A stretch of 64,000 nt of DNA, from the NCBI GenBank assembly GCA_001600815.1, contig BCKZ01000011.1, forward strand, positions 227,622 to 291,621, read 5' to 3'. Numbering within the stretch: the stretch's first letter is position 1; the number at the start of each line of letters is the position of its first letter. Source of the stretch: Alloascoidea hylecoeti (taxonomy: Eukaryota). Under the pieces are notes generated by a model. That model was not told where the DNA came from. It saw nothing but the letters and a program-made list of their open reading frames with translations, and searched no databases. The translations under genes and the position numbers were made by a program. Of this stretch, positions 37,801 to 50,579 are shown one piece after another.

Positions 37801-39120
37801 GAATTACATGCAAAAAGTATTGCAGAAGCAAAAATTCAAAAACAAAGAAATACAACTTCCAATGGTATTAATGAAACCAATGGAAATTCTAATGGAAATA
37901 AACAAGATGAAAATGTAATCATTAATATTAAAGAAGAACCATATGAATCAACAAAATATGTAATTGATATAATGAGATGTTATGGTATATTCCCACAATG
38001 TGGTATAAATAATGATTATTCAATTCGAAATGATAAAGGTAGAATATTAATTGATTCAAATGGTTATACATTAAATGGTATAAATACAAAAGAAAGAAAA
38101 ATTTTGGAAGAAGTACCAATTGTTTTACTAACAAATGATGATTGGGCTTATTATGATAAACCAAATGAAATTATTGAATTAATTAATTGGTTAAATCCAA
38201 ATGGTGAAAGAGAAAATGAATTAAAAAAAAATTTAGAAAAATATAAAAATAAAATTATTAATAATATGAATTCAAGATTAAAAGAACTTTCAAATTTAGA
38301 AATCGAATATAAAGAATATTTAGAAAAATTGAAAAAGAAAAAAGAAGATGAAGAAATTCAAAAATTAAAAGATAAAATTGAAATTAAAAATGAAAATGAA
38401 AATGAAAATGAAAATGAAAATGAAAATGAAAATGAAAATGAAAATGAAAATGAAAATGAAAATGAAAATGAAAATGAAAATGAAAATGAAAATGAAAATG
38501 AAAATGAAAATGAAAATGAAAATGAAAATGAAAATGAAAATAATGATGTTGTTATGATGGATGATGATGTTCCTAAGAAACCACCAGTAAAGATAAAACT
38601 TAAAGTTCCAAAAAACATACCTAAAACTCAACTACAAGTTAATAGCAGTAGTAATGATGATAGTAGCAATAATGATGAAGATGATGAATCAAGTAATGAA
38701 AACAGCAATGAAAGTGAAACTTATGAAGAAAGTGATTATAATAGTGGCAAAATATCAGACAGATCTGGTCGAAATAAATATAATAATCAAATAATTCGAA
38801 AACAATCATCAAAATCAAATAAAAGAAGAAGTTCAAGATTAATTGATCAAGAAAAACAAAAAGAATTAGAAGAAAGATCAAAAGCTCAACAAAGACAAAA
38901 AAGAAAATTAAGATATCAAGAAGTTGAAGATGATGAAGATAATGAAGAAGAAGATGATAATAAAAGAGAAGAAGAAGAATTAAAATATCCTCCACATTTA
39001 AGAAGATGTCTTGCTTGGGTGAATTCTCTAGCTATTGAAACACAGGGATATAGTCATTATGATGGAGAAGAAAATAAAATGATTTTGCATTGGAAAAGAA
39101 AGTCAAAAACAGGTAAGTAG
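34857..39120 (+). CDS. ITC1: ISW2 complex subunit Itc1/ACF1-like with WAC, DDT and WHIM/WSD domains (introns 34860-34911, 35031-35087, 35173-35229)
   Basis: Spliced WAC domain VWSIKETAEVFTSYDEYLKR|MYFYSQRLFSCEITGRQNLTFFEALESE; DDT LLETWSFLNIY..DNFTLDDY; LGKDRLYNSYWWFE; WLNPNGERE; WVNSLAIETQGYSHY. Confidence 0.88.
38389..38538 (+). repeat. Perfect coding hexanucleotide microsatellite (AATGAA)25 encoding (NE)25 in ITC1
   Basis: Directly visible; 150 bp. Confidence 0.97.
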
Positions 39121-39484
39121 GGTTATATTTTTGTTTACTTAAAAAGAACTGCATTTAAATTTAATTTTTTTTATACACCATTGGACATAGTAAAATAATA
39201 AATAGTTATTTCACTTAATTTCGATCACGTGGAGGACTAAATATATTCGGTAATCTGATGTATTATAGTCCTGATAAATAAATGTCGATGTTATGCAGTA
39301 ATATGCAGTTCGTCTGGAACTTTTAGATCTAGAAGTGGGTTCTTTGCTCTACTTTTTGATTCATGGTTAGAATTGTATGGGGGTCATGGAGATTACATTC
39401 CAGAACTTTTCCATGGTTTAGTCCGGATTTGAGTCTCCTAATTACCTGTATAACGATGGCTCCCTTATCCAACGAAATATGCTC

Positions 39485-40352
39485 ATTTTCTTTTCGTAGT
39501 ATTGGAAGGGAATAACAAGCTACTCGAAATGTTAATAAAGTTTTGAAAAATAAGCCAAGAATTGACACAACATCTTCAGAAGGTAAAACAATCAAACCAA
39601 ATGAAATTCAAGGTGATATAGAATTTGAAAATGTTCATTTTAGATATCCTAGAAGAGCAGAAGTTCCTGTTTTAAGAGGATTAAATTTGACTGTTAAAAG
39701 AGGACAATATGTCGGATTAGTGGGTTCTTCTGATTGCGGGAAAAGTACAACTATTGGTTTAATTGAAAGATTTTATGATCCATTGCATGGTAGAATATTA
39801 CTGGATGGTGAAAATATTACTACTTTAAATATTAATGATTATAGAAAATGTATTTCTCTTGTTCAGCGGGAACCTATTTTGTATTCTGTAAGTATTAAAG
39901 AAAATATAAATTTAGGGACAGACAATGATGTTAGTGAAGAAGAAATTATTGAAGCTGCAAAATTAGCAAATATTCATGATTTTGTTATATCATTACCAAA
40001 TGGTTATGATACAATGTGTGGTTCAAAAGGTACATTACTATCTGGTGGACAAAAACAAAGAATTGCAATTGCAAGGGCGTTGACTAGAAATCCAAAGATT
40101 TTATTATTGGATGAAGCGACAAGTGCTTTAGATTCGGAATCTGAAAATATTGTACAACGAGCTTTTGATGCTGCCGCCAAAGGAAGAACTACAATTGCTG
40201 TTGCTCATAGACTCAGTACCATTCAACATACAGATATCATTTATGTTTTTGAAAATGGAAAGATTCTAGAGCAAGGTACTCATGAACAATTGATGAATAA
40301 TAAATTAAGATATTATGAATTAGTTAGATTGCAAGCATTAGAAAAAAATTAA
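39485..40352 (+). pseudogene. Second ABCB/MDR NBD2 fragment, inverted near-identical copy of 24339-25195
   Basis: Same sequence with different lesions: Walker A GSSDCGKST and Q-loop VQREP. No ATG-led N-terminal domains. Confidence 0.85.
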
Positions 40353-40447
40353 TTGCAAATTTGTGATATATGAGTATATATTTTTTCTTTTGTTTAATTT
40401 ATCCTGGTGGTGAATGCCTTATGTTCATTTTACTTGTACAATATTTT

Positions 40448-41187
40448 AAATAATTTTACAGAATTTAAAATAGAAACTTAAAATGATTAAAAGGTCCAAT
40501 TAAAAAACTATAGGGCATTATACTTGCAAAAATATATTTAAAAAAATAAATAAATAAAATATGAAATATTATAACGAGAAACATAGATAAACAACTATAT
40601 ATCGACTAGTTATTATTCCTGGAATGTATCGTACTATAAATAAAGAACATATTTTTCTGCCATATCCCAATCGATATTATGGTCAAAATAATTACTCAGA
40701 ATACCCTGAATAAATCCAGTTGGAAGTTTGAATTTAGAATTCAAGAAATCCGACATTATATTCTTATTGATCTCGTTCAAGTCAAGGAGATAAAAAGATT
40801 TTAGCACTGTCTCAATATATATCCCACTCTTGCGATAACAGCTTCTATATCATCAGAATCGTTGGAGGTGTCAACGTGGGCCAGTTTTACATTCCCGTTT
40901 CCTGGTGATGGAACAAGTTTTCCAGGACCAGTAAGTGGGCCCTGCAGCTTGAGTTTTGTTTGAAGAATTGTTTGAGGAGATGTTTGAGGAGCCGTTTGAG
41001 ATGATGTTTGGGAAGGTGATTCAGTTAATGTTTGGGAATGAATAGGACCCAGTTGGAGATAGATATTTTATTAATATCAATAGCGGCAGCATTTACTGTT
41101 AACGTTGGGATTACAGATAGCGCGAATATTTCCTTATTTATACCATAATTATAACATATATATAGTAGGCACTCCAAATATAATGCA
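40448..41187 (-). pseudogene. Internally deleted antisense copy of the secreted-protein gene (left arm of a fold-back)
   Basis: 40448-40940 pairs with ~41920-42392, 41041-41130 with ~41467-41560, and 41131-41187 with 41310-41366. It lacks the start codon and the middle of the gene. Confidence 0.88.
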
Positions 41188-41453
41188 TTATTCCTTTTAA
41201 TATAAGACGTGGAATATTCTATTAACTGTTAGCTACAAACTTCCCTATTCGGGTGGACGTGATGTAGGGCTTACGACATGCATGTTTTGTTTTACCTAAA
41301 AAGAAAACCTGCATTATATTTGGAGTGCCTACTATATATATGTTATAATTATGGTATAAATAAGGATACAATTCGCTTTTTTTTTTCTCTTTTCATTCCT
41401 TTTTATTTTACCATACTCATTTTCACTCATACTAAGCTAACTTGACACTCAAA

Positions 41454-42218
41454 ATGAAAATCTCACCAATATTCGCGCTATCTGTAATCCCAACGTTAAC
41501 AGTAAATGCTGCCGCTATTGATATTAATAAAATATCTATCCCTTCTCCAACTGGGTCTTATTTATTTCCATTCGGTATTGGCCACGGTGGAGATGATATG
41601 AAAGTGACCACAATTACTAGAAATCAACAGCAACAATTGATAAAAATATTTAACGACTTGCATACCAGGTTCACCCACTTCAGTGAGCCCAAAAAGGTTG
41701 CAGTGATGGTGGAGCATGATTCAATCGGACTTCATGTACAACTTCAATGTCTTCTGAAGGGCAAAAAAGTAGTATCCAAGCCATCTCCAGAACCATCATC
41801 TCCAGCTCCAGCACCACCTCAAACAACTCCTCAAGTACCTTCCCGAACAACTGCTCAAACAACTGCTCAAACAACAACCGAAGCATTTTCCCAAGCATCA
41901 ACTCAAGCTCCAGTCCCCACTTTTACTGGTCCTAGAAAACTTGTTCCACCACCGGGAAACGGGAATGTAAAACTGGCCCACGTTGACACCTCCAACGATT
42001 CTGATGATATAGAAGCTGTTATCGCGAGAGTGGAGTATATTGAGACAGTGCTAAAATCTTTTTATCTCCTTGACTTGAACGAGATCAATAAGAATATAAT
42101 GTCGGATTTCTTGAATTCTAAATTCAAACTTCCAACTGGATTTATTCAGGGTATTCTGAGTAATGATTTTGACCATATCGATTGGGATATGGCAGAAAAA
42201 TATGTTCCTTATTTATAG
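41454..42218 (+). CDS. Uncharacterised secreted protein with central Pro/Thr/Gln-rich linker (254 aa)
   Basis: Signal-peptide-like MKISPIFALSVIPTLTVNA; xQTT repeats; TATA-like TATAAAT at ~41355. No recognised domain. Confidence 0.65.
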   Translation: MKISPIFALSVIPTLTVNAAAIDINKISIPSPTGSYLFPFGIGHGGDDMKVTTITRNQQQQLIKIFNDLHTRFTHFSEPKKVAVMVEHDSIGLHVQLQCLLKGKKVVSKPSPEPSSPAPAPPQTTPQVPSRTTAQTTAQTTTEAFSQASTQAPVPTFTGPRKLVPPPGNGNVKLAHVDTSNDSDDIEAVIARVEYIETVLKSFYLLDLNEINKNIMSDFLNSKFKLPTGFIQGILSNDFDHIDWDMAEKYVPYL

Positions 42219-42734
42219 TACGATACATTCCAGGAATGATAACTAGTCGATATATAGTTGTTTATCTATTTTTCTCATATTTTATTTATTTATCTCTTTA
42301 ATTATATTTTTGTAACTATAATGCCCTATAGTTTTTTAATTGGACCTTTTAATCATTTTAAGTTTCTATTTTAAATTCTGTAAAATCATTTATATTTGAT
42401 CATTAGTTTACTTACAACTGGTCATATATTTGTTACTAGTACAAACTCTCTATTCACTGCAAACAAAAAAAATAAGAAGTTAGATGGATGTGACTAAAGC
42501 TAAGCAAAGTTCGTTATTAATTAATTTCGTTTACGCACTTTTTTAATCTATAAGTGTAGGCCTATGTTATTTATTTCTCCAATCTGAATTTTAACCTCCT
42601 ACTCTTCGTTGTACACTCTAGATATCTACAAGAGGCTGTATAATTATCTGCATATGGTATGCTTCCCTGTGAAAAGCACTGATAAGTGAGCTATAATAAT
42701 CGACATCACATTTTTTTATGATGTTATACCTATA

Positions 42735-44988
42735 TCACAACAACTTTTTAACTTCTATTAACACCTCGACCAATCTTTGTTCCTTTTCACCACTATCTAT
42801 CCTGATAATAAATTCATTTAATGAGGTACCATCCTTCACAATATCAATACCGAATAATGTAGTACCTAAAGCAACAGCCAATCTATAGCTTGCTTCAGGT
42901 GAAGATTTTGCAATCTTAAAACCCCATTCTTTTAAAATTGTAATTATATGATTTGCAATTCCTTTATTACCATTTTTATTTGCATATACTGAATAATTTA
43001 ATAATAAAGTTGCAACAGCATTACCAGCATTTTTATTAATATCCAGAATTGCTAAAACATCTTCTAATATTGCAAATACAAATTCAACAGTTGATGTTTT
43101 TGTTATAAGTTCTAATCCCCATTGTGTTTGGAAAAGATTTACTAAAACACGATTTGACATGTAAAAATTATTAAGAGATGTTCCATCAAAAACAGAGCCA
43201 ATAGCAAATAATGTTAAGAAATTGGCAGGTGCTTCAGATAATTGGGAAACTAAAAGCCGTAAAATATCTAGGCCAACTAATTTATGTTTTGGTGTCCATT
43301 TGCCAATAATATGTTGAACAAATGCATAGAGTTGCTTCTGTTCATTTATGCCTAAGGAACCATTTAGAATACCATTAAGAAGTGGAGAGATTGCAGATAA
43401 ATCTGCATCGGATAATTTTTCAGTTTCTTCTGTATTGAATTTAGTAAGACCTTTCAAAATTGGATCTGCCTTGCCAGATTTTAAGGCCAGATAATCATGT
43501 TGCGGTAATATATTGAAAGTTCCACCCAGTGTAGAGGGAGGTTCAGAGACCTGCTCTTCTTGTTGACGAACATCAGCATATGGATTGGCAGCATTTTGAC
43601 CCAATGTAACACCTTCTGTATTTTGGACTATGAAGTGTACAATTTCTTCTAAATAAGATTGAGGAAGTTCATTCTTATTAATAAATCTTTGGGCCGCATC
43701 ATAAGGATTTTCATTGACATTAAATGGTAATTTAAGTGGAGGTTTACCATCTTCAATATCCACATCAAATACATAATCCCACATTTTTCCATCATATTCT
43801 GTCTTTTTATCACTTCCTGGTGCACTAACAACATCACCAATTTTAATCCATGCACCACCCATCCATTGATGTGCCTCAACTAAACCAGACGGTTGATTAA
43901 CCATAATAACTTGCCCTTCTTTATTCCCTCGTTTTTTAAGTGCTTCAGGGCCTGGTAATTTTGATTTATCGACATTGGATGTCTCTTGAGAGATACTCGA
44001 ATTTGAAACCAATTCATTAAATTCACCAATTTCAGCAGGTCCAGCTCTTCGAGAAGAGTCTCTTGTAAATATTCGAATTACCGAATCACTACCGCCAGCA
44101 GCTATATCACCATTCTTACAAACTGCCACCGTCCAAACTGAAATACACGGTAGAGCAATAACTTGAACACACTCACTACCTCTCCATACCCTCACAGTTC
44201 GATCTTCACCAGAACTTATAATTTCTTTGGATGGAGTAACAGCAACCGAATAAACAAAATTTGTATGTCCTGTTAATATTTGTAATTCATTACCTTCAAA
44301 ATCCCAAATTCTAATAGTTTCATCGTTTGAACAACTAACTATTCCGACTTCTGGAAATAAAGCCAGTCCTCTAACAGATTGTGAATGCCCTTTAAAGGTT
44401 CCTATACACTGATCTTTTTTCCAATGCTTAATATATGTATCTGCTGAAGCTGTAAAGAATTCGTCTTCTGAAACAGCTAAAACAGCCCAAACTGCATGTG
44501 TATGACCCCTAAGAACATGTTTAAGTTTTCCATTAGACCAAACACGAGCAGTAGCATCCCACGATCCACTGATTATAGTATCACCAAAGGAATGTAAGCT
44601 ACAGACGTTTTTATCATGACCCATGAATACAAAATCTGGTTCAGATAAATGATCAGTTGGTGAAATAAGTGATACACAAGTACTCTGTCCACCAAAAGCA
44701 ACAACTATAAAATTAATAGATATATTAGCAAAATATAAAAATATTAAACATAATCAAATAATGAAATAATTGCTTACAATTTTCAGAACCATTGACATAA
44801 ATAATACTATTGATATAATTTGAATCTTGGAAATTGATAGCACCATGCCATTGATCTGCTTTTTTCTCCCAACTCCGAACCGTTCCATCTCTAGAAGCCG
44901 AAAAAACGGTGTTTGGTTCAGGGAAAGCAATTGACTTTATGTCTTGATCATGGCCAAATAAGGAGCCAGAAAGTTCATATCTTGACAT
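42735..44988 (-). CDS. DOA1: Ubiquitin/Cdc48 cofactor Doa1/Ufd3 (WD40-PFU-PUL; intron 44777-44705)
   Basis: LFGHDQDIKS, ISGSWDATARVW and the PFU motif WDYVFDVDIEDGKPPLKLPFNVNENPY. Spliced length 2181 nt. Confidence 0.95.
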
Positions 44989-45260
44989 TATTCTGTTTCT
45001 TCGTATAAAAGGAGGTGATGGCAAATGTCGAATATGACAGTTAAGGGGTGGAGGGATGTCTGAGACAGGGTAACTTAAATACGTATGTAGTATCATGCAT
45101 ATGCAGGACTGCAGATACCGTTTGTGGAGATTAAGATTCCATGTGAAGTCACGTTTTCTCCAGGCCTCATGGGGACACTACCTATTATTGTTTACACTCT
45201 TTCCTCGATTGAAACCTCCTTGTTTTTTATCACTATTCTTCACGATTACTTCTTGAAAGT

Positions 45261-47228
45261 ATGTCATCCCCGTTATTATACGTTAAATCTGGTTCAAACC
45301 ACTACTTTAGGCCCAGAGAGGAGTCTAAAGCTGGAAGCTCCATTCCTGTCTTGAAAATAGGATCCCAAGGTGTAACGGTGGTCTCAGGCAGTGAATTTCC
45401 AACTGATAATGTCATCAGTATTGCCGGAATTTTGGGAACTATTAATTTAAAGCTCGGTAAGTAAACATATTAAATTTTATTTGTTTTCTTTTAAAAACTA
45501 ATAAATTTTCTTTTTTTGGTGGTCATCAGGCAAATATTTGGTTCTTGCTATTAAAGGCGAACAGATTGGGAAAATACTAAATCATAATCTATACAAAGTA
45601 ACAAAATACGAGATTATAACTCTACGAAAAGATGACACATCTGATACTTTCAATGAAGAATCAAATTACTTAAGACTATTGAAAGACCATTTAGATGCTG
45701 CTCCACTGATTTATTCATACTCTTTTGATGTAACAAATAGCTTACAGAGGCAATCAGGTCCGAAAGATTTGGGAACTGTAAGGAATAATAATAATATAAT
45801 TGACAACGTTTTGAAATGTTAACTAACTAATTAATATTATAGATTGATGATCGGTTTTTCTGGAATAAATTTTTATCTTCGGATTTATTATCATTGTTTC
45901 AACAAAATAATTCAATTTCACCATTTATATTCCCGGTTGTCTATGGATACCTTGGTATTACTCAATCTACCTTAAACAATACAAAAATTGAATTTGTTAT
46001 TTTAACACGTAGAAGTAGGTTTAGAGCAGGAACCCGTTACTTCAGAAGAGGAATTGATGAATTTGGTAATGTTGCAAATTTCAATGAAACTGAACAAATC
46101 TTGATTGTCAATAATAAAGAAATTTATAGTTTTCTTCAAACAAGAGGTAGTGTTCCAATTTATTGGACAGAAATTAATAATTTAAAATATAAACCATTAA
46201 TAAAAGTTGGTAAAAATTTTAATAAATCAATTAAAGCATCAGAAAAACATTTTGAAGAACAAAAAAAATATTATGGTAAAAATTATCTTGTTAATTTAGT
46301 TAATAATAAAGGACATGAATTACCAATTAAAGAATCTTATAAAAAAGTTATTGAATCGTTAAATGATTCAAAAATTCAATATATTTATTTTGATTTTCAT
46401 CATGAATGTCGAAATATGAAGTGGCATCGTGTTATGATTTTAGTTGATACTTTAAAAAAATTAGGATTATCTTTTAATGATTTTTATCATGCAAAAGTAT
46501 TACCTGATGGATCATTTAATGTTATTCAAACTCAAAACTCTGTTGTTAGAACAAATTGTATGGATTGTTTAGATAGAACAAATGTTGTTCAATCAACATT
46601 AGGTCGTGTTGTATTAACTCAACAATTATTTTCTGCTGGTGTATTTAAAGAAGATGAAATTCTTCAAACTCATGAATCTTTTGAATTTACATTTAGAAAC
46701 TTTTGGGCAGATAATGCAGATGTTGTATCAAATTCATATTCTGGTACTGGAGCATTAAAAACAGATTTCACAAGAACAGGTAAAAGAACAAAAGCTGGTG
46801 CTTTAAAAGATTTACAAAATTCAATAACAAGATATATTAAAAATAATTTTAAAGATGGTTCAAGACAAGATGGGTATGATTTAATTTTAGGTAATTTTAA
46901 ACCTTTAGATTATACAAAATCATTTGCTCTTGTTGATTATAGACCTTTAAAAGTTCAATCTGTTCCTTATTTTGCAATCTCTGCATTATTTTTATTTTTG
47001 TTTACGTTAATATTTTCAAAAGGAATTTTAAAATATTTTCCTTTAACAGCAAGTTTTGCTTTATTAGGATTCAGTTTATTCCATATGATTGCTAATGGAT
47101 TTCAATATGTTAACTGGCCAAAACTTGTACCTTTAGAATTCTTAGAAAAACAAAATGTCATAGAAGATGATAAATTAGTTGGTTTATCATTCAAAGAAAG
47201 TGAAAGTTTTGAAAAATATAAAGGTTAA
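45261..47228 (+). CDS. SAC1: Phosphoinositide phosphatase Sac1 (introns 45457-45529, 45778-45842)
   Basis: RRSRFRAGTRYFRRGID, SFLQTRGSVP, catalytic RTNCMDCLDRTNVVQ, YSGTGALKTDFTRTGKRT and two C-terminal TM segments. Confidence 0.96.
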
Positions 47229-47687
47229 GTTCTAAGTAAACTGAAAAATAATGGTTCAATCGGAACTCAAACAAGATGGTGATTGTTAACCTTTTTTTAA
47301 CCGTTTATATTTCTTTTTTTTTTAAAAAAAGCTTAGATTTGTTTTAAAATTTGCTTCTTCTCGTCGTATATAAAAGGTTTTTTTTATAGATTTGCAATTG
47401 CGCTTAAACTTATTTATTCCAATTTTTTAAACTCATCCTAGTATAATATAAGCTAGTTATAGTCTTATAAATAAATATATATAATCGAATATCTTTCTAT
47501 ATAAAATAAGACAATCTATATAATTAATCGAAATATAGCAATAATAATATGGTTGTTTGCGTATTGAGGTTTTTGGATGTTAGGAGATTTTCTAAAACGT
47601 AAATCTTATATCCGGGTAATAAAACGAGATGATCAAAAAAAAAATTATTTTTTCATTGAAATTTTACTCATAACAATCAATATTAAT

Positions 47688-49936
47688 ATGGAGGAAGAAA
47701 AAAGCAGAATTAGAACCGAAAACTTATCGGACAACTTGATTTTACTACAAAATTATATAAAGAGGGATCCAGAGTATGTATTTCCAAATGTGAAAATTTT
47801 TCTAAATATAATGAACTAACTATAATTTATAGATGTTATAAAAAAGAATTTCTACACATATATAATGAAAATTATAGAGCCGATTTTAATATTTTTATTC
47901 ATACATCATCTCATAGTTCAGAAAAACTTGATAAATTTATTGGATTGATATCATTAATTTCACATGTTTGTGGTTCATATCCAAATGAAACAAAACAATT
48001 TCCTGATGATTTAATTAAACTTCTTTCTATTGAAGAAACACCTGGTGAATTACGTGAAAAGATTGTTATGAACTTAGTAATGCTTAAGAATAAAAAAGTG
48101 ATTACATCTGAAAAGTTAGTTAATGCCACTTTCCCATTATTGACAAATAATGCCATGGGATTAGGTTCTGGTCAACATGTTAAAATTTTAAGATCATTAA
48201 TTTATAGTACGATGATAACAATACTAAAAACTGATAATCAAAAAGCAAAGAATCATAAATTAAACAGAAACGTTCAAGCATTATTGTTTAATCTATTAGA
48301 TGATGCTGATTTGAATGGTCTATGGGCTACTAAGCTGACTAGAGAGTTATGGCGTCGTGGTATATGGGATGATGCTCGAACTGTTGAAATTATGACCATT
48401 GCAGCTCTTCATTCTGATACTAAAGTATCTGTTTCAGCTGTTAAATTTTTCCTTGGTGTTGATAAAGAAAGAGAAGAAATGCTTGCCGCAGAAGAAGATC
48501 AATCAGATGAGGAGTCCTTAGACATGGCATCGATTCGCCATAAAATGAAAGTTAGTAAGAAACAAACCAAGAAGAGTAAAAAATTAGATACTGCGCTTAA
48601 ACAATATAAAAAAAAATTACATGGTCCAAAGACAAATGCAACTGCTCTTAATTTTTCTGCTATTCATTTACTTAATGATCCTCAAGGTTTTGCTGAAAAG
48701 TTATTCACTACTCGTCTAGCAACAAAATCATTTAATAATAAATTAAGCCTGGAAAATAAAATTTTATATATGAAATTAATATCAAGATTAATCGGCACAC
48801 ATAAATTGGAGGTTTTTGGTATCTATTCATATTTCTTAAAATATCTTACACCAAAACAACAGGATGTTACACAAATTATGGCATCTGCAGCACAAGCAGC
48901 TCATGACTTGGTTCCACCTGAAATCATTTCAGATGTTGTTCGAAAAATTGCAGATGAATTTGTTTCTGATGGTGTTTCTTCGGAAGTTGCAGCAGCGGGA
49001 TTAAATACAATCCGGGAAATCGTTGCACGTGCTCCATTAGCCATTGAGCAACCATTATTATTAGATTTAGTTGCTTATCAAAAATCAAAAGCCAAGCCTG
49101 TCTCATCGGCTGCTAAATCTTTAATTGATCTCTTCAGAGAGATTGACCCCGAAATGCTAGAAAGGAAAGATAGAGGTAAAGTTGCTTCAATGGCATTGCA
49201 ACATGGTGAGAAGAGTTCCGATACAGCGCCTAAGTTTGGTGTTGAAAGAGGTAATGTCAATGGTATTCCTGGTATTGAGCTTTTAGTTGAATGGAAAAGG
49301 AAACAATTAGAGGCCGGTGGTGTTGAAGACGTTGAAGGAAGAGATGAAGATTGGGAAGTTGATGAGAACAGTGATGAAGAAAGCAATGATGATGATGATG
49401 ACTGGGTGAAGATTGAAAGTGATAAAGAATACAGTGTATCTGATTCAGAAGATGAAGATAACGAAAAGGATGAAGAACGACCGAAGAAGAAACAGAAACT
49501 TACAGCTGAACAACGTAAAGATATCGCTGAAAAAATGTTTATCGAATTATCTACCAAAATATTAACACCAGCTGATTTTGCTAAGCTAGAAGAGTTGAAA
49601 GCTGAAGCTGGACTTAGTAAAATCATGGGTGGCTCAAATAACAAGAATGAGGATGAAGTTGACCATACTACCCTTGTTGGAGCGGTTAAATACAAACAAT
49701 CTAGACAAGAAAAAATCGACCAAGCTAATGAAGGTCGTGAGGATCGTGGATTTGGCTCTAAGAAGGGTATCAAAGATAAAGCACATTCTACTACAAATAA
49801 GGAAAAAGCTAGAAAGAAGAATTTCTTAATGACTTTACACAAGAGATCAATTAAAGAAAAAAATAAGATGAGTTTAAGAGACAAAACAGTTCTAAAGAGA
49901 CAACATATTGAGAAACAAAAGAAAAAGGGTTTTTAA
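47688..49936 (+). CDS. SDA1: 60S biogenesis factor Sda1 (intron 47774-47832)
   Basis: LILLQNYIKRDPE, LWATKLTRELWRRGIWDDARTVEIM, FSAIHLLNDPQGFAEKLF, ILTPADFAKL, STTNKEKARKKNFLM. Confidence 0.95.
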
Positions 49937-50579
49937 ATTAAACGGTTTTTATGTTTGTAGTGACCTTAAAATGAAATACTCTCTTCTATTTAGAATTATT
50001 TATGTTTAACTTTTTTTTTATCTCCTCCTAAGCCTTTGGCCTTTTCATAAAAAATATTGGGATACTGGTATATAATATTAATGACGGGAATCGTTATTTT
50101 CTAGCCTTTTCAACTATATCAAGAATATACTGACAAAGCTGCTTTCATTAAATGGTGCGGATGCCCTTCTTTATTTAATAGTTTTGCTAACTGGTATAAT
50201 TAGTAATAAACACTAGATAATATCATGTATTTGTTCAAGAACTAAATCTTCATTGTCATTAAGTAAATGATAATAATGATAATTTAATAATTTTGTGGTG
50301 TAATAATAGTATTTGTCTATTCATGAACCCAAAATTACAAAATAGAATTGCGTTTCGATGACTAAGAATGATATGATTATTATTAAAAAATATCTGTTGG
50401 TGTTTTTCAGAACAACTCGTCGCAGTTCGTTCAATAGAATGTCAATTAAGTTATGTAACTACATCTAACAAGTACCATGACAATTTAAAATAGTATGGAG
50501 TTCCATTAGTTGTAGAAATATTAATAGACATAGACGTTGTACTTAAAAGGTATAACTTATGCATTATAGACTTTATACC

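Noticed and set aside
38358..38995. FSFSFS / IFIFIF ORFs and other short antisense ORFs in ITC1
   Set aside because: Alternative-frame readings of the (AATGAA)n repeat and low-complexity coding DNA.
49078..49884. 268-aa minus-strand ORF
   Set aside because: Antisense shadow of the charged SDA1 C-terminus; Ser/Phe-rich with no domain.
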